Part shown: in pieces, positions 48,819 to 58,441 of the stretch
How positions within the stretch are numbered: position 1 is the first letter of the stretch
Layout of the letters: each line of letters begins with the position of its first letter
NCBI GenBank assembly: GCA_965216315.1
Contig: CBDCFN010000016.1
Coordinates: forward strand, 1,376,001-1,440,000
DNA length: 64,000 nucleotides
DNA from: a bacterium
GTDB taxonomy: Bacteria > UBA10199 > 2-02-FULL-50-16 > JAJFLM01
Reading direction: 5' to 3'
Notes under the pieces: generated by a model
What the model was told of the DNA's origin: nothing
The model's database searches: none
Seen by the model: only the letters and a program-made list of their open reading frames with translations
Position numbers and translations under genes: made by a program

Positions 48819-51800
48819 TTGCTTATGCATTTCCGATGCGCGAAATGTCTTTCTCTGGCCCTCTTCTTGCTGCTCGCAGCGATCGGGGTCTCTCATGCGG
48901 CTACCCGTAATTCTAATGATGTCGCGATTCCGGAGCCACTTCGACCCTGGGTAGACTGGGTCCTTAAAGACGATGCCCAGTGCCCGTATCTTCAAGGGGC
49001 CGAAGGGGAATATCGCTGCACTTGGGCCTCACGACTGGACCTCTCGATCACGGCCAAGGGAGGCCAGTTTTCACAACGCTGGCACGTCTACGACGATAGT
49101 TGGATTCCGCTGCCGGGTAACGAGGACCATTGGCCTCAAAATGTTAAGGTCGACAAGAGCGACGGCGTCGTCCTCACGGAAAACAATCAACCTTTTCTCT
49201 ATCTCAAGCCCGGCAACTATACGATCAGCGGGAGTTTCAGTTGGGACCGAGCCCCGGAATCCTTTCAAATCCCGCCCGACACTGGGTTGCTCAGTCTCAA
49301 ATTCAAGGGCAAAGCCGTTCCCTTTCCTAAACTCGAAGAAGATGGACTGATCTGGTTGCAAAAGACCGAGGAAGAGACCGAGCAGGAAAATCGGCTCGAA
49401 CTGCGCGTCTACCGCAAGTTGATCGATGAGATCCCTTTTAATCTCACGACTCAATTAACGCTTAATGTCTCGGGCCAAATGCGCGAAGTCATCCTCGATC
49501 AGGTCCTGCCGAAAGGCTTTATCCCGATGACCTTAGTCAGTTCGCTCCCGGCGCGCCTCGAAAAAGATGGGCGTCTGAGGATTCAGGTCAAGGCCGGAGA
49601 ATGGACGGTGACGTTGGGCGCGCGACACCGCGGCCCCTTGAGTCAGCTCGCGTTTACCGCGAAAAAAGCCCCCTGGCCGGAGGAAGAATTATGGGTCTTC
49701 GAGGCCCGCAACGACCTCCGACTCGTCTGGGTCGAGGGAGTCCCCTCCATTGACCCCCAACAAACCACCTTGCCGAGCCGCTGGAAAAAGCTTCCGGCCT
49801 ATCGGTTGACCAAAGGTAAAGCCTTAAAGTTTGTTGAAAAGCGGCGCGGCGATTCGGATCCTTCTCCCGATCAAATGACGCTCTACCGCAAGTGGTGGCT
49901 TGATTTTAACGGGGGTGGCTTCACGATTCACGATGAAATCTCCGGTACACTCAATCGGAGCTGGCGCCTGGAAATGAATCCTCCTCTCCAACTCGGACGC
50001 ATTTCGGTCGACGGCAAAGACCAATTCATTACACAGCTCCCCGATAGTGACAAAATTGGGGTCGAGATCCGTCGGGGCCACTCAAACATCAGTGCCGATA
50101 GCCGCATCGACCAGGGTATTCGCAAACTGTCTGCCGTCGGCTGGGACCATGACTTTCAAAGCGTCTCCGGCATCCTCCACATCCCGCCGGGCTGGCGGCT
50201 GTTTAACGTGACCGGTGTCGACCGCGTCTCCGATAGCTGGATCGAGCGCTGGACCCTGCTTGACATCTTCCTCGTCCTCATTATCGCACTCTCTTTTATG
50301 AAACTGTGGGGAATTCGTTGGGGACTCACCGCTTTACTGACGCTCGTCTTGACCTTTCTTGAAAAGGATGCCCCTCAATGGATCTGGCTCGCCATCGTGT
50401 TGGGCTATGCGATTTTACGACTCATATCAAAAGGGAAATTTTACAAATTCATCCAGGCCTACAAGATCGTCACGTTACTGCTCCTGTTTATTTTTGCCAT
50501 TCCTTTTATGGTCACGCAGATCCGGACCGCTATTTACCCGGCATTGGAATATAAATATCGAACCATTCGTGCTGAGACGAGTGTCCCTTACAAAAGGAAA
50601 ATGAGGGCCCACAAACCACCCCCGCCCCCGGCACCGGTTTTGGCTCAACCACAGGCCGACGGTGCCGCCATGGAAAGCGGTGATTTATTAGATGCGGAAC
50701 TCGCCCCGAAGGAAGAAAAACGAGTTGAACGACGCCTCATACCGAGCAGCGGCTTTATTCAGAAATCGAGTCAGTATAATTATTACGCAAGCCGCCAACA
50801 AAATTTCCAGAAACAACGGCCCGGAGCGAAAGTACAAACGGGACCGGGTCTTCCGCGCTGGAGCTGGAATCAAGTCGATCTCAAATGGAACGGCCCCGTT
50901 GAAAAAACGCAGCAAATCCGTTTTGTCTTGTTATCCCCTTTAGTAAATTTGATCTTGGCTTTTGTCCGTGTTTTACTCCTCGTCCTCCTCCTCATTTGTG
51001 TCCTCAATATTCCGCCCGAGACCTGGCGCAAACTCAGAAAAGCGCGCGTTGCGAGTTTCTTGCTGGCTCTATTCGTAGGAGCCTCGCTGTTGTTCCCTCA
51101 AAGTGCGCAGGCCGAATTTCCGTCCGACAAATTACTGCAAGAGCTGCACGATCGTTTAACGGAGGATCCGGAGTGTTTTCCGGAGTGTTTTTCTATCTCT
51201 AAAATGCAGTTGGAGGTGACATCTCACCAGATAAAGGCGCGGCTGCAAGTGAGCGCCCAAGATCTCGGCGCCATTCCGCTGCCGGGGAGCGCAAAAGAGT
51301 GGGCACCCGCGGAAATTACCGTCGATGGCCGCAACGATGTGGGTGTTATTCGGGAAGATGACGGGCACCTTTGGATTGAAGTCACGCCGGGTGTCCACCA
51401 GATCACCATTTCCGGACCAATCAGCGAGCAAGAAACGATTCAGATTCCGCTGCCGTTGAAGCCGCATCACTTAGCCGCTCAGGTCGCCGGCTGGACCTTG
51501 GAAGGCCTCCACGAGGATGGTCAAGTTGACAACACCCTGCAGCTGACGCGTCAGCAAACTCTTGCCAAGGCGAAACGAGGTGCCAGCGCCGCCCAATTGG
51601 GAGGCCTGACCCCATTCGTTATGATACACCGTGAGCTCAGTCTCGGCCTTAATTGGGAGGTCCAGACCCGCATTGTGCGCATGAGTCCGACGGGAACACC
51701 GATCGTCCTGGCCGTTCCCTTACTCCCGGGTGAATCCGTCATCACGGCCGGAACCCGGGTCGAAAACCGCAAGGTCCAAGTCAACATGGCTCCCAATGTA

Positions 51801-52976
51801 TCGGAAGTCGTCTGGCGTTCGGTATTAAAACAAGGACCGGCCATTCAACTGCGCGCCGACAATGAAATATCATTTATGGAGCGTTGGATGGTCGATGTCA
51901 GCCCCGTCTGGCACGTCAAATTCGGGGGCATTCCGGTTATTCATCCGCAACAGGAAGAGTTGAAATGGATACCTGAATGGCGGCCTTGGCCAGGAGAACA
52001 GGTTAAAATCAGTGTCATCCGCCCGGAAGGTGTCGCCGGTGAAACCCTCACCATCGACCGCAGTTTGCTCGAAGTACAACCCGGCCTACGTTTCACGAAA
52101 ACGCAACTGTCGCTGGAACTAAGAAGTAGTTTGGGCAGCCAACATGTACTGACTCTCCCAGCGGGATCTCAACTCCAATCGGTATCCATCAACAATAAAG
52201 TCCACCCGATCCGCATGGAAGGCAATAAGCTGACGATTCCCATTGTACCCGGCAAACAAAACATCAAAATAGAGTGGCAGCAGTCAGGAGGCATACAATC
52301 TTTTTTTAAGGCCCCTGCCATCGATTTAGGGTCCTCCAGCGTCAACAGCCTGGTTCACTTTAAGATGCCGCATAACCGCTGGATACTGTTTGTCTGGGGC
52401 CCCCGACTCGGCCCCGCCGTGATGTTTTGGTCTCTCTTGGCGGTCCTGCTCATCTTCTCTATCGGCCTGAGTCGCGTCGATTGGACACCATTGCGCTTTC
52501 GCCATTGGTTTTTCTTAGGTATCGGTATCACGCAATTCCCTGAGATACCGATTGTCGCCGCCGTCTTCCTCGTTGGTTGGTTTTTGCTGCTCGGCTGGCG
52601 CCGAAGAACACCGAACATGGGGAATATCGCGTTTAATCTGCGGCAAATCGTCCTCGCGATATACAGTCTATTAGCGCTACTCGCCCTCTTTGCGGCCATT
52701 CACCAAGGACTTCTTGGGCAGCCGGAGATGCAGATCGCCGGCAATGGTTCCCGTGCAAGCCTATTGCGTTGGTTCCAAGATCGCAGTCTCTCCGAACTCC
52801 CCCGACCCTGGGCGATTTCGATTCCCCTCTTCTATTATCGCATCGCGATGCTGGGCTGGGCGCTCTGGATCGCCTTTGCCCTGATGCGCTGGCTTAAATG
52901 GGGCTGGCAATGCTTCTCCGAGCAAGGCCTATGGAAGTCTTTCAATCTTGTTCGCAAGGATGCGAATAAATCTTAA
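48819..52976 (+). CDS. Large multi-pass membrane protein with two duplicated periplasmic regions
   Basis: Signal peptide; two homologous beta-rich halves, each followed by a TM bundle. Confidence 0.85.
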   Translation: MLMHFRCAKCLSLALFLLLAAIGVSHAATRNSNDVAIPEPLRPWVDWVLKDDAQCPYLQGAEGEYRCTWASRLDLSITAKGGQFSQRWHVYDDSWIPLPGNEDHWPQNVKVDKSDGVVLTENNQPFLYLKPGNYTISGSFSWDRAPESFQIPPDTGLLSLKFKGKAVPFPKLEEDGLIWLQKTEEETEQENRLELRVYRKLIDEIPFNLTTQLTLNVSGQMREVILDQVLPKGFIPMTLVSSLPARLEKDGRLRIQVKAGEWTVTLGARHRGPLSQLAFTAKKAPWPEEELWVFEARNDLRLVWVEGVPSIDPQQTTLPSRWKKLPAYRLTKGKALKFVEKRRGDSDPSPDQMTLYRKWWLDFNGGGFTIHDEISGTLNRSWRLEMNPPLQLGRISVDGKDQFITQLPDSDKIGVEIRRGHSNISADSRIDQGIRKLSAVGWDHDFQSVSGILHIPPGWRLFNVTGVDRVSDSWIERWTLLDIFLVLIIALSFMKLWGIRWGLTALLTLVLTFLEKDAPQWIWLAIVLGYAILRLISKGKFYKFIQAYKIVTLLLLFIFAIPFMVTQIRTAIYPALEYKYRTIRAETSVPYKRKMRAHKPPPPPAPVLAQPQADGAAMESGDLLDAELAPKEEKRVERRLIPSSGFIQKSSQYNYYASRQQNFQKQRPGAKVQTGPGLPRWSWNQVDLKWNGPVEKTQQIRFVLLSPLVNLILAFVRVLLLVLLLICVLNIPPETWRKLRKARVASFLLALFVGASLLFPQSAQAEFPSDKLLQELHDRLTEDPECFPECFSISKMQLEVTSHQIKARLQVSAQDLGAIPLPGSAKEWAPAEITVDGRNDVGVIREDDGHLWIEVTPGVHQITISGPISEQETIQIPLPLKPHHLAAQVAGWTLEGLHEDGQVDNTLQLTRQQTLAKAKRGASAAQLGGLTPFVMIHRELSLGLNWEVQTRIVRMSPTGTPIVLAVPLLPGESVITAGTRVENRKVQVNMAPNVSEVVWRSVLKQGPAIQLRADNEISFMERWMVDVSPVWHVKFGGIPVIHPQQEELKWIPEWRPWPGEQVKISVIRPEGVAGETLTIDRSLLEVQPGLRFTKTQLSLELRSSLGSQHVLTLPAGSQLQSVSINNKVHPIRMEGNKLTIPIVPGKQNIKIEWQQSGGIQSFFKAPAIDLGSSSVNSLVHFKMPHNRWILFVWGPRLGPAVMFWSLLAVLLIFSIGLSRVDWTPLRFRHWFFLGIGITQFPEIPIVAAVFLVGWFLLLGWRRRTPNMGNIAFNLRQIVLAIYSLLALLALFAAIHQGLLGQPEMQIAGNGSRASLLRWFQDRSLSELPRPWAISIPLFYYRIAMLGWALWIAFALMRWLKWGWQCFSEQGLWKSFNLVRKDANKS

Positions 52977-52985
52977 GCTGACGCG

Positions 52986-53603
52986 TTACAACTTGCCCTT
53001 GACGTACAGTAAAGCGAGCTTGGGATAGTACACTCCAATGACGAGAGCAATCTCCAGCAGATAGGCGTGAAAGCGAAAGTTTTCCCATGATAAGGACTTG
53101 CCATCTGTAGCAACGTCCGCTCCGAGCAGGAAAAAATAGGCCATACAAATAAGAAAAGGGATCGCAATTAAGATCAATACCAAGATGCGAAGTAAGGTTT
53201 TATCCGCGTTACCTGCCGCCAAATAAGCGACGCCCACTAGAAAACAGATATTCAGTCCGAGATAATACGCGGTCCCATGCATCGTTGCTTCGAGCAGCAC
53301 CGAGTCGACCGATCGCCAAAAGACGCTGTAAATAATAAAGACTACAAACGGGATCAACATGATGAGATTATCCGCGACTCGCCGTGGATAGTATTCTTTA
53401 TAAAGAATTCCGGCATAAACCGCGGTTATGGGGAGAACCACAAAAAGGAATGATAAGCGCGTGACCATTCCGAAAATCGTATCGAAATAATCGAAACGCG
53501 AGCGCCACAGCGCGTAAAAAAGCAATGATCCTAAAGGGAGCACGACGCTAATCAGAAAATTAACATTGCGAAGTGTATTCCTGAGCGCATTTGGAGCCGG
53601 CAT
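52986..53603 (-). CDS. Hypothetical integral membrane protein
   Basis: About six hydrophobic segments; likely start MPAPNAL just after the recG stop. Confidence 0.75.
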   Translation of the reverse strand: MPAPNALRNTLRNVNFLISVVLPLGSLLFYALWRSRFDYFDTIFGMVTRLSFLFVVLPITAVYAGILYKEYYPRRVADNLIMLIPFVVFIIYSVFWRSVDSVLLEATMHGTAYYLGLNICFLVGVAYLAAGNADKTLLRILVLILIAIPFLICMAYFFLLGADVATDGKSLSWENFRFHAYLLEIALVIGVYYPKLALLYVKGKL

Positions 53604-53608
53604 CAATA

Positions 53609-55732
53609 TCAACCTACGTCGGCTAACTCTAGTTTCTCCTGCCACCGTTCCTTGATGACGGCGCGGAAAGTCGGGAGTTCGAACAGGTTGGGATCTTCGG
53701 CGATAATCTGGAAGGCAGCCTCGCGGGCTTCGGAAAGAATCGGGACATCCCGAACGAGATTGGCAAAGCGCAGGTCCGGCAAACCACTCTGGCGCGTCCC
53801 CAAAAATTCACCAGGACCACGAATCTTGAGGTCTTCTTCCGCAATACGAAAACCATCCGTCGTCGCCTCCATGACTTTCATGCGACGCTTGGCATCGTCG
53901 GTCTGCTTGCTTGATGACATGAGGATGCAGAGTGAAGCCTTATCCCCTCTTCCGATCCGACCCCGCAACTGATGAAGTTGCGACAGGCCAAAGCGTTCCG
54001 GATGCTCGATGACAATACAGGTCGCATTTGGAACATCAATTCCCACTTCGACCACGGTCGTCGCCACGAGAATATGGTGGTCATGCTCTTTAAAGGCACG
54101 CATCGTCGCTTCTTTCTCATCGGCACTCAGACGGCCATGCAAGAGACCGACCGAAAATTGAGGAAAAATATCGTCTTGCAGATGTTGGGCCATCTCTGTT
54201 GCCGCTTTAAGATCACTTTTTTCGGTTTCTTCTACTAAGGGATAAACAATAAAAATCTGCTCCCCTCGCTCCATTATCCGCTCCAAGCCCCGATACATCT
54301 GTCTTCGCTGGCGTTCCCCTACAATACGCGTCTCAATCGCTTGACGTCCTGGCGGCAACTCATCGATCACCGAAACATCCAGCTCCCCATAAACCGTCAT
54401 CGCAAGAGTCCGCGGGATCGGTGTCGCCGTCATCACCAGAACGTCCGGCGCACCTTCACTGCAAGCTTTTTGTTTTAAGGCCTTACGTTGCATCACCCCG
54501 AAACGGTGCTGCTCATCGATAACCACTAAACCCAGTCGCTTGAAATGAACCTCCTCACTGAGCAAGGCATGGGTCCCAATGACGATGGGAATCCGTCCCT
54601 CTTGCAGACAAAGTCGCAGCCACTTCTTTTCTTTCGCTCGCAGACTCGCCGTCAACAGCGCGGCCTGACTGGCGTCATTTCCGAGCAGATTTCTAAAACT
54701 ACGGAAATGCTGTTCGGCTAGTATTTCGGTGGGCGCCATCACGGCCACTTGGTAGCCGGCCTTGACCGCAGCACGCGCCGCCAACAGGGCCACCACGGTC
54801 TTACCACTGCCCACATCCCCCTGAATGAGCCGATTCATTGGAGTCGCTTGACTCATGTCGCGCAAACTCACTTCCAGTACCCGTGACTGCGCCCCCGTGA
54901 GCTTAAAAGGTAATTCACCCAACAAGTCATGCCTGTAAGAACTTGGTATCTGAATGGCGATCCCCTGTTCCCGTTCCAGGCCTTTTCGTTTGAGGGCCAA
55001 GCCCAATTCGAGAAAGAAGAGCTCCTCAAAGATCATGCGGCGATGCGCCAGGCTACGGCCTCCGTGCAGCTCTCCCGTATCCGCATCATCCGGCGGTCGG
55101 TGTAAATATTCCAAGGCCTCCACCAGTCCCTGCAGATGATGGCGCTCTCGAAAGCTTCGCGGCAGGGGATCTTGTAGATGCGGCAGGCAGAGTTCGAGTG
55201 CATTGCGGATGACTTTACTCAAATAACGCTGTCCCAGCTGTGAAACCGATGGGTAGAGCGCGACAATGCCGGGGGCCTCAGGACTCATCATCGCCTCGCC
55301 TTCCATAATTTCAACGGTCGGATGAATCATCTGCAGTTCACCACGAAATTCGGTGACTTTTCCCGAGACGAGCAAGGTCGCCCCCTTGCGATACGCCGAT
55401 TGCACATATTTTGTATTGAAACGAAACCATTTCAGCCGCAAGACCCCGCTCCCATCACTCAAGGCCGCTTCAAAACGACGCCGTCCACGCCCGGCAAAGC
55501 CCATTCCGCTCGCGAGAATTTCACCCATGATGCTGTAGTCTTGACCCGGCTCAATGGAAGCAATGGTCACGACCTGACGACGATCGAGATAGCGTGAGGG
55601 TATGTGATAGAGGAGATCGCCGGCCGTTGCTATGCCCCGCGCAGCCAGCAGATCGGCCACCTTGGGGCCAACGCCCTTAACGAAGCGTACCGGCATCTGG
55701 AGGGGATTGTCCGTATAGGAGCTATCGGCCAT
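53609..55732 (-). CDS. recG: ATP-dependent DNA helicase RecG
   Basis: QGDVGSGKT, DEQHRFG, MTATPIPR, QLRGRIGR, DLKIRGPG. Confidence 0.98.
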   Translation of the reverse strand: MADSSYTDNPLQMPVRFVKGVGPKVADLLAARGIATAGDLLYHIPSRYLDRRQVVTIASIEPGQDYSIMGEILASGMGFAGRGRRRFEAALSDGSGVLRLKWFRFNTKYVQSAYRKGATLLVSGKVTEFRGELQMIHPTVEIMEGEAMMSPEAPGIVALYPSVSQLGQRYLSKVIRNALELCLPHLQDPLPRSFRERHHLQGLVEALEYLHRPPDDADTGELHGGRSLAHRRMIFEELFFLELGLALKRKGLEREQGIAIQIPSSYRHDLLGELPFKLTGAQSRVLEVSLRDMSQATPMNRLIQGDVGSGKTVVALLAARAAVKAGYQVAVMAPTEILAEQHFRSFRNLLGNDASQAALLTASLRAKEKKWLRLCLQEGRIPIVIGTHALLSEEVHFKRLGLVVIDEQHRFGVMQRKALKQKACSEGAPDVLVMTATPIPRTLAMTVYGELDVSVIDELPPGRQAIETRIVGERQRRQMYRGLERIMERGEQIFIVYPLVEETEKSDLKAATEMAQHLQDDIFPQFSVGLLHGRLSADEKEATMRAFKEHDHHILVATTVVEVGIDVPNATCIVIEHPERFGLSQLHQLRGRIGRGDKASLCILMSSSKQTDDAKRRMKVMEATTDGFRIAEEDLKIRGPGEFLGTRQSGLPDLRFANLVRDVPILSEAREAAFQIIAEDPNLFELPTFRAVIKERWQEKLELADVG

Positions 55733-55768
55733 AGCCAGCGCTTAACCGGTCCCAGAGATGAGAACAAG

Positions 55769-55796
55769 AAAAAAGCGCCCGCCTTCAGGCGGGCGC
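55769..55796 (-). terminator. Intrinsic terminator closing the sigma-54 unit
   Basis: GCGCCCGCC-tgaa-GGCGGGCGC-TTTTTT on the minus strand. Confidence 0.9.
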
Positions 55797-55847
55797 CCAA
55801 CACTCACTCGAGAACTAGTAGGTCAACTTTACTACTCAACTTCCGCT

Positions 55848-56063
55848 TCAGCTCCAAATAGACTTGATATATTCTTCAAAATCTTTCTCATCCTTGAAGA
55901 AATTTAAACCGTCTGACTGTCTCTCATTCCTTGCACGACTTCCTGTAGCCACTGGCCGCTGTGAACTCTGGGAACGACCGGATACCATCCGACTGATCCG
56001 ACTGATCCAGCTGCGGCGACTTCGCGATGCTCCACTATGTGGACGACTCGTTTTCATCATCAT
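55848..56063 (-). CDS. Small Arg/Ser-rich protein (71 aa); may instead or also be an sRNA
   Basis: GGAGAG SD; sigma-54 promoter upstream; terminator downstream. Confidence 0.55.
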   Translation of the reverse strand: MMMKTSRPHSGASRSRRSWISRISRMVSGRSQSSQRPVATGSRARNERQSDGLNFFKDEKDFEEYIKSIWS

Positions 56064-56159
56064 CTCTCCGTTGATCCTCTCTCCCCGGTTAGGTCTCTCT
56101 CAGTGGCTCCACTCTAAACCACTATTCATCCGCTGAAGCTTGCTTTCAGCCTGTTTATT

Positions 56160-56175
56160 TGCAATTCGGCTGCCA
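56160..56175 (-). promoter_or_regulatory. sigma-54 (-24/-12) promoter
   Basis: TGGCAGCCGAATTGCA: GG-N10-GC with TTGCA. Confidence 0.75.
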
Positions 56176-56259
56176 ACTCAGTGGAAAAAAAACACACCAT
56201 ATTTCAGGGACTTAAATTAGAGTCCTGGGCGAAAGTGGGTGAAATTCAACCTCGCCCGA

Positions 56260-56268
56260 TGTGGATAA
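56260..56268 (-). promoter_or_regulatory. DnaA box
   Basis: TGTGGATAA (reverse complement TTATCCACA), intergenic. Confidence 0.45.
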
Positions 56269-56404
56269 AATGCCGTTTAGCCTTTATTTTCAGGGCTTTT
56301 TCAAACTCAGCTATTTTTTAGCTGTAGCAGGATAATTGACACTTTTTACGCCTGATTGGGCCCTATTGACGCACCAGTACCAATATGAGACCTTGGAGCG
56401 CCCT

Positions 56405-58369
56405 ATGGCGTTACAGCCCCACCCATTCGTCGCAATCGACCCCCTTAAAGAGCAAGTCTTGAATTATCTCAACCTCACTCTATGGGTGAACCCGGACCCG
56501 CAGCTGTCCTTGCCACGCGTACTCGAACGCGTCGCCTCGCAGTACGGCACCAAAACCGCCCTCATGGAAAAGGTGAATGGAAACTATGAACCTATTAGCT
56601 TCCACGAACTCCTCTCCGATGCGATGGCGACCGCAGCTGCCTTAAGGGACAGTGGGCTTAAGCCGGGAGGAAAAACCGCTCTCCTCCTCAAAAATTCTCC
56701 TGTCTGGGTGTTAGGTGACTTTGGGACACTATTCGCTGGTGGCACGATGGTCCCGATCTACCCGACGCTCACTCCCGCTGCGATCGAGTATATATTAAAG
56801 GACTCCGCGACCGAGATACTCATCTTGGAGGACAAAGTGCAGTACCGTAAAATAGCCGACAAACTCGCTGCGCTCCCCCTGTTGCGTAAAATTGTCATTC
56901 GTCATCCGGAGGGTATCGAACTCGGCGACCAAGCTATTTCATGGCAGGACTTTCTCGATCAAGGTCGCCAATCACTCCCCGATCATGTTGACGCCATCCA
57001 TAAGGTCGTGGACTCGCTGCAACGTGATGATGTCGCGAGCATCGTCTATACGAGTGGTACGACAGGAGAACCTAAGGGGGTAATGCTCACGCACCTTAAT
57101 TTCATCAGCACTGTCTTCGGGCTCATGTCCGTTACCGACTTTAACTCCAATGATCGCTTTTTATCCCTCCTGCCTTTATCTCACGTTTTTGAACGTAGCT
57201 TCGGGTACTATGCCGCCTTAATAAGCGGTTCGATGATTGCTTATGCCGAAGGAATAGAAACACTTAACAAAAATTTCCAGGAGATACAGCCAACCATATG
57301 CGCGGCCGTCCCCCGCATTTTTGAAAAAATCTATACGCGCGTCAATACGGAGTTAATTAAGGGATATAGATTTAAGCGATCATTATTCCATTGGGCCAGC
57401 GGTGTCGGTGAAAAGATTTGGGATATCTGGCTGACGGGCCTCAAGGAAAGCGGCGAGCGCAATAATAAGCGCTTACGCCATCGAGTCGAGGATCACCCTG
57501 ACCAAAGCCTGCGCTGGAACCAAAAATTGTGGCTACGAAGTCAGTACTGGTTGGCAAAGCAACTGGTCTACAAGCGTATTCGGTCCAAATTTGGCGGCTC
57601 CATTCGCTATTTTGTCACCGGAGGGGCTCCGCTGTCCGCCGAAGTCATTACCTTCTTTCGCAATTTGCAGATTATTATTTACGAAGGCTATGGGCTCACG
57701 GAAACAAGCCCAGTCATCAGTTTCAATTATGGGAATGCCTACAAACCCGGGACCGTCGGCAAACTCATTGCGCACGTAAATGTAAAACTGGCCGATAATG
57801 GTGAAATTCTGGTTAAAGGGCCGAATGTCATGCAAGGCTACCTTAATAAGCCGGAAGCAACCCACGAGGTAATCGATGACGACGGTTGGTTTCACACGGG
57901 AGATATTGGCGAGTGGGACGATGAGCATTTTCTCAAGATCACCGACCGTTTAAAGGAACTGATCGTTCTGAGCACGGGGAAAAATGTTGCGCCTTTACCG
58001 TTAGAACAACGTCTATGCCAATCCGATCTAATTTCACATGTCGCTGTCATCGGCAACAACCGCAAATATATTACCGCGCTGGTTTTCCCTGATATGCAGG
58101 CCTTAGAGGACCATGCCGCTCATCGAGGACTCTCGAAAAACGGTACCGAATCACTCTGTCAGAACGATCAGATTCGTTCCTATGTCCATGAACTCATCAA
58201 TGAAGCCAATAAGCCGTTTTCTTCTTTTGAGCAAATTAAGCGCTTTGTCATCGCGCCCTATGATATTAGCGATGACACGGAGTTACTCACCCCGACCTTG
58301 AAACTGAAGCGAAAAAAAGTTGAAGAGAAATTCAAAGATTTGATCGAAAAACAGCTTTATCCCCGATAA
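56405..58369 (+). CDS. fadD: Long-chain acyl-CoA synthetase (AMP-binding)
   Basis: YTSGTTGEPKG, LPLSHVFER, YGLTETSP, HTGDIG; start taken at ATG 56405 with GGAG. Confidence 0.9.
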   Translation: MALQPHPFVAIDPLKEQVLNYLNLTLWVNPDPQLSLPRVLERVASQYGTKTALMEKVNGNYEPISFHELLSDAMATAAALRDSGLKPGGKTALLLKNSPVWVLGDFGTLFAGGTMVPIYPTLTPAAIEYILKDSATEILILEDKVQYRKIADKLAALPLLRKIVIRHPEGIELGDQAISWQDFLDQGRQSLPDHVDAIHKVVDSLQRDDVASIVYTSGTTGEPKGVMLTHLNFISTVFGLMSVTDFNSNDRFLSLLPLSHVFERSFGYYAALISGSMIAYAEGIETLNKNFQEIQPTICAAVPRIFEKIYTRVNTELIKGYRFKRSLFHWASGVGEKIWDIWLTGLKESGERNNKRLRHRVEDHPDQSLRWNQKLWLRSQYWLAKQLVYKRIRSKFGGSIRYFVTGGAPLSAEVITFFRNLQIIIYEGYGLTETSPVISFNYGNAYKPGTVGKLIAHVNVKLADNGEILVKGPNVMQGYLNKPEATHEVIDDDGWFHTGDIGEWDDEHFLKITDRLKELIVLSTGKNVAPLPLEQRLCQSDLISHVAVIGNNRKYITALVFPDMQALEDHAAHRGLSKNGTESLCQNDQIRSYVHELINEANKPFSSFEQIKRFVIAPYDISDDTELLTPTLKLKRKKVEEKFKDLIEKQLYPR

Positions 58370-58406
58370 AAAAAGCGGGAGAGAAGATCGATATCTTCTC
58401 TCCCGC
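58368..58406 (-). terminator. Terminator between convergent fadD and OmpA-like genes
   Basis: 14-bp stem GCGGGAGAGAAGAT/ATCTTCTCTCCCGC with an A-tract on the left. Confidence 0.88.
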
Positions 58407-58441
58407 AATTTGATAAGCCTCGATAGTAGCGCTGTTGAGTA

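Noticed and set aside
54310..54322. REP-like half GTAGGGGAACGCC inside recG
   Set aside because: No complementary arm and no apparent insertion in the protein
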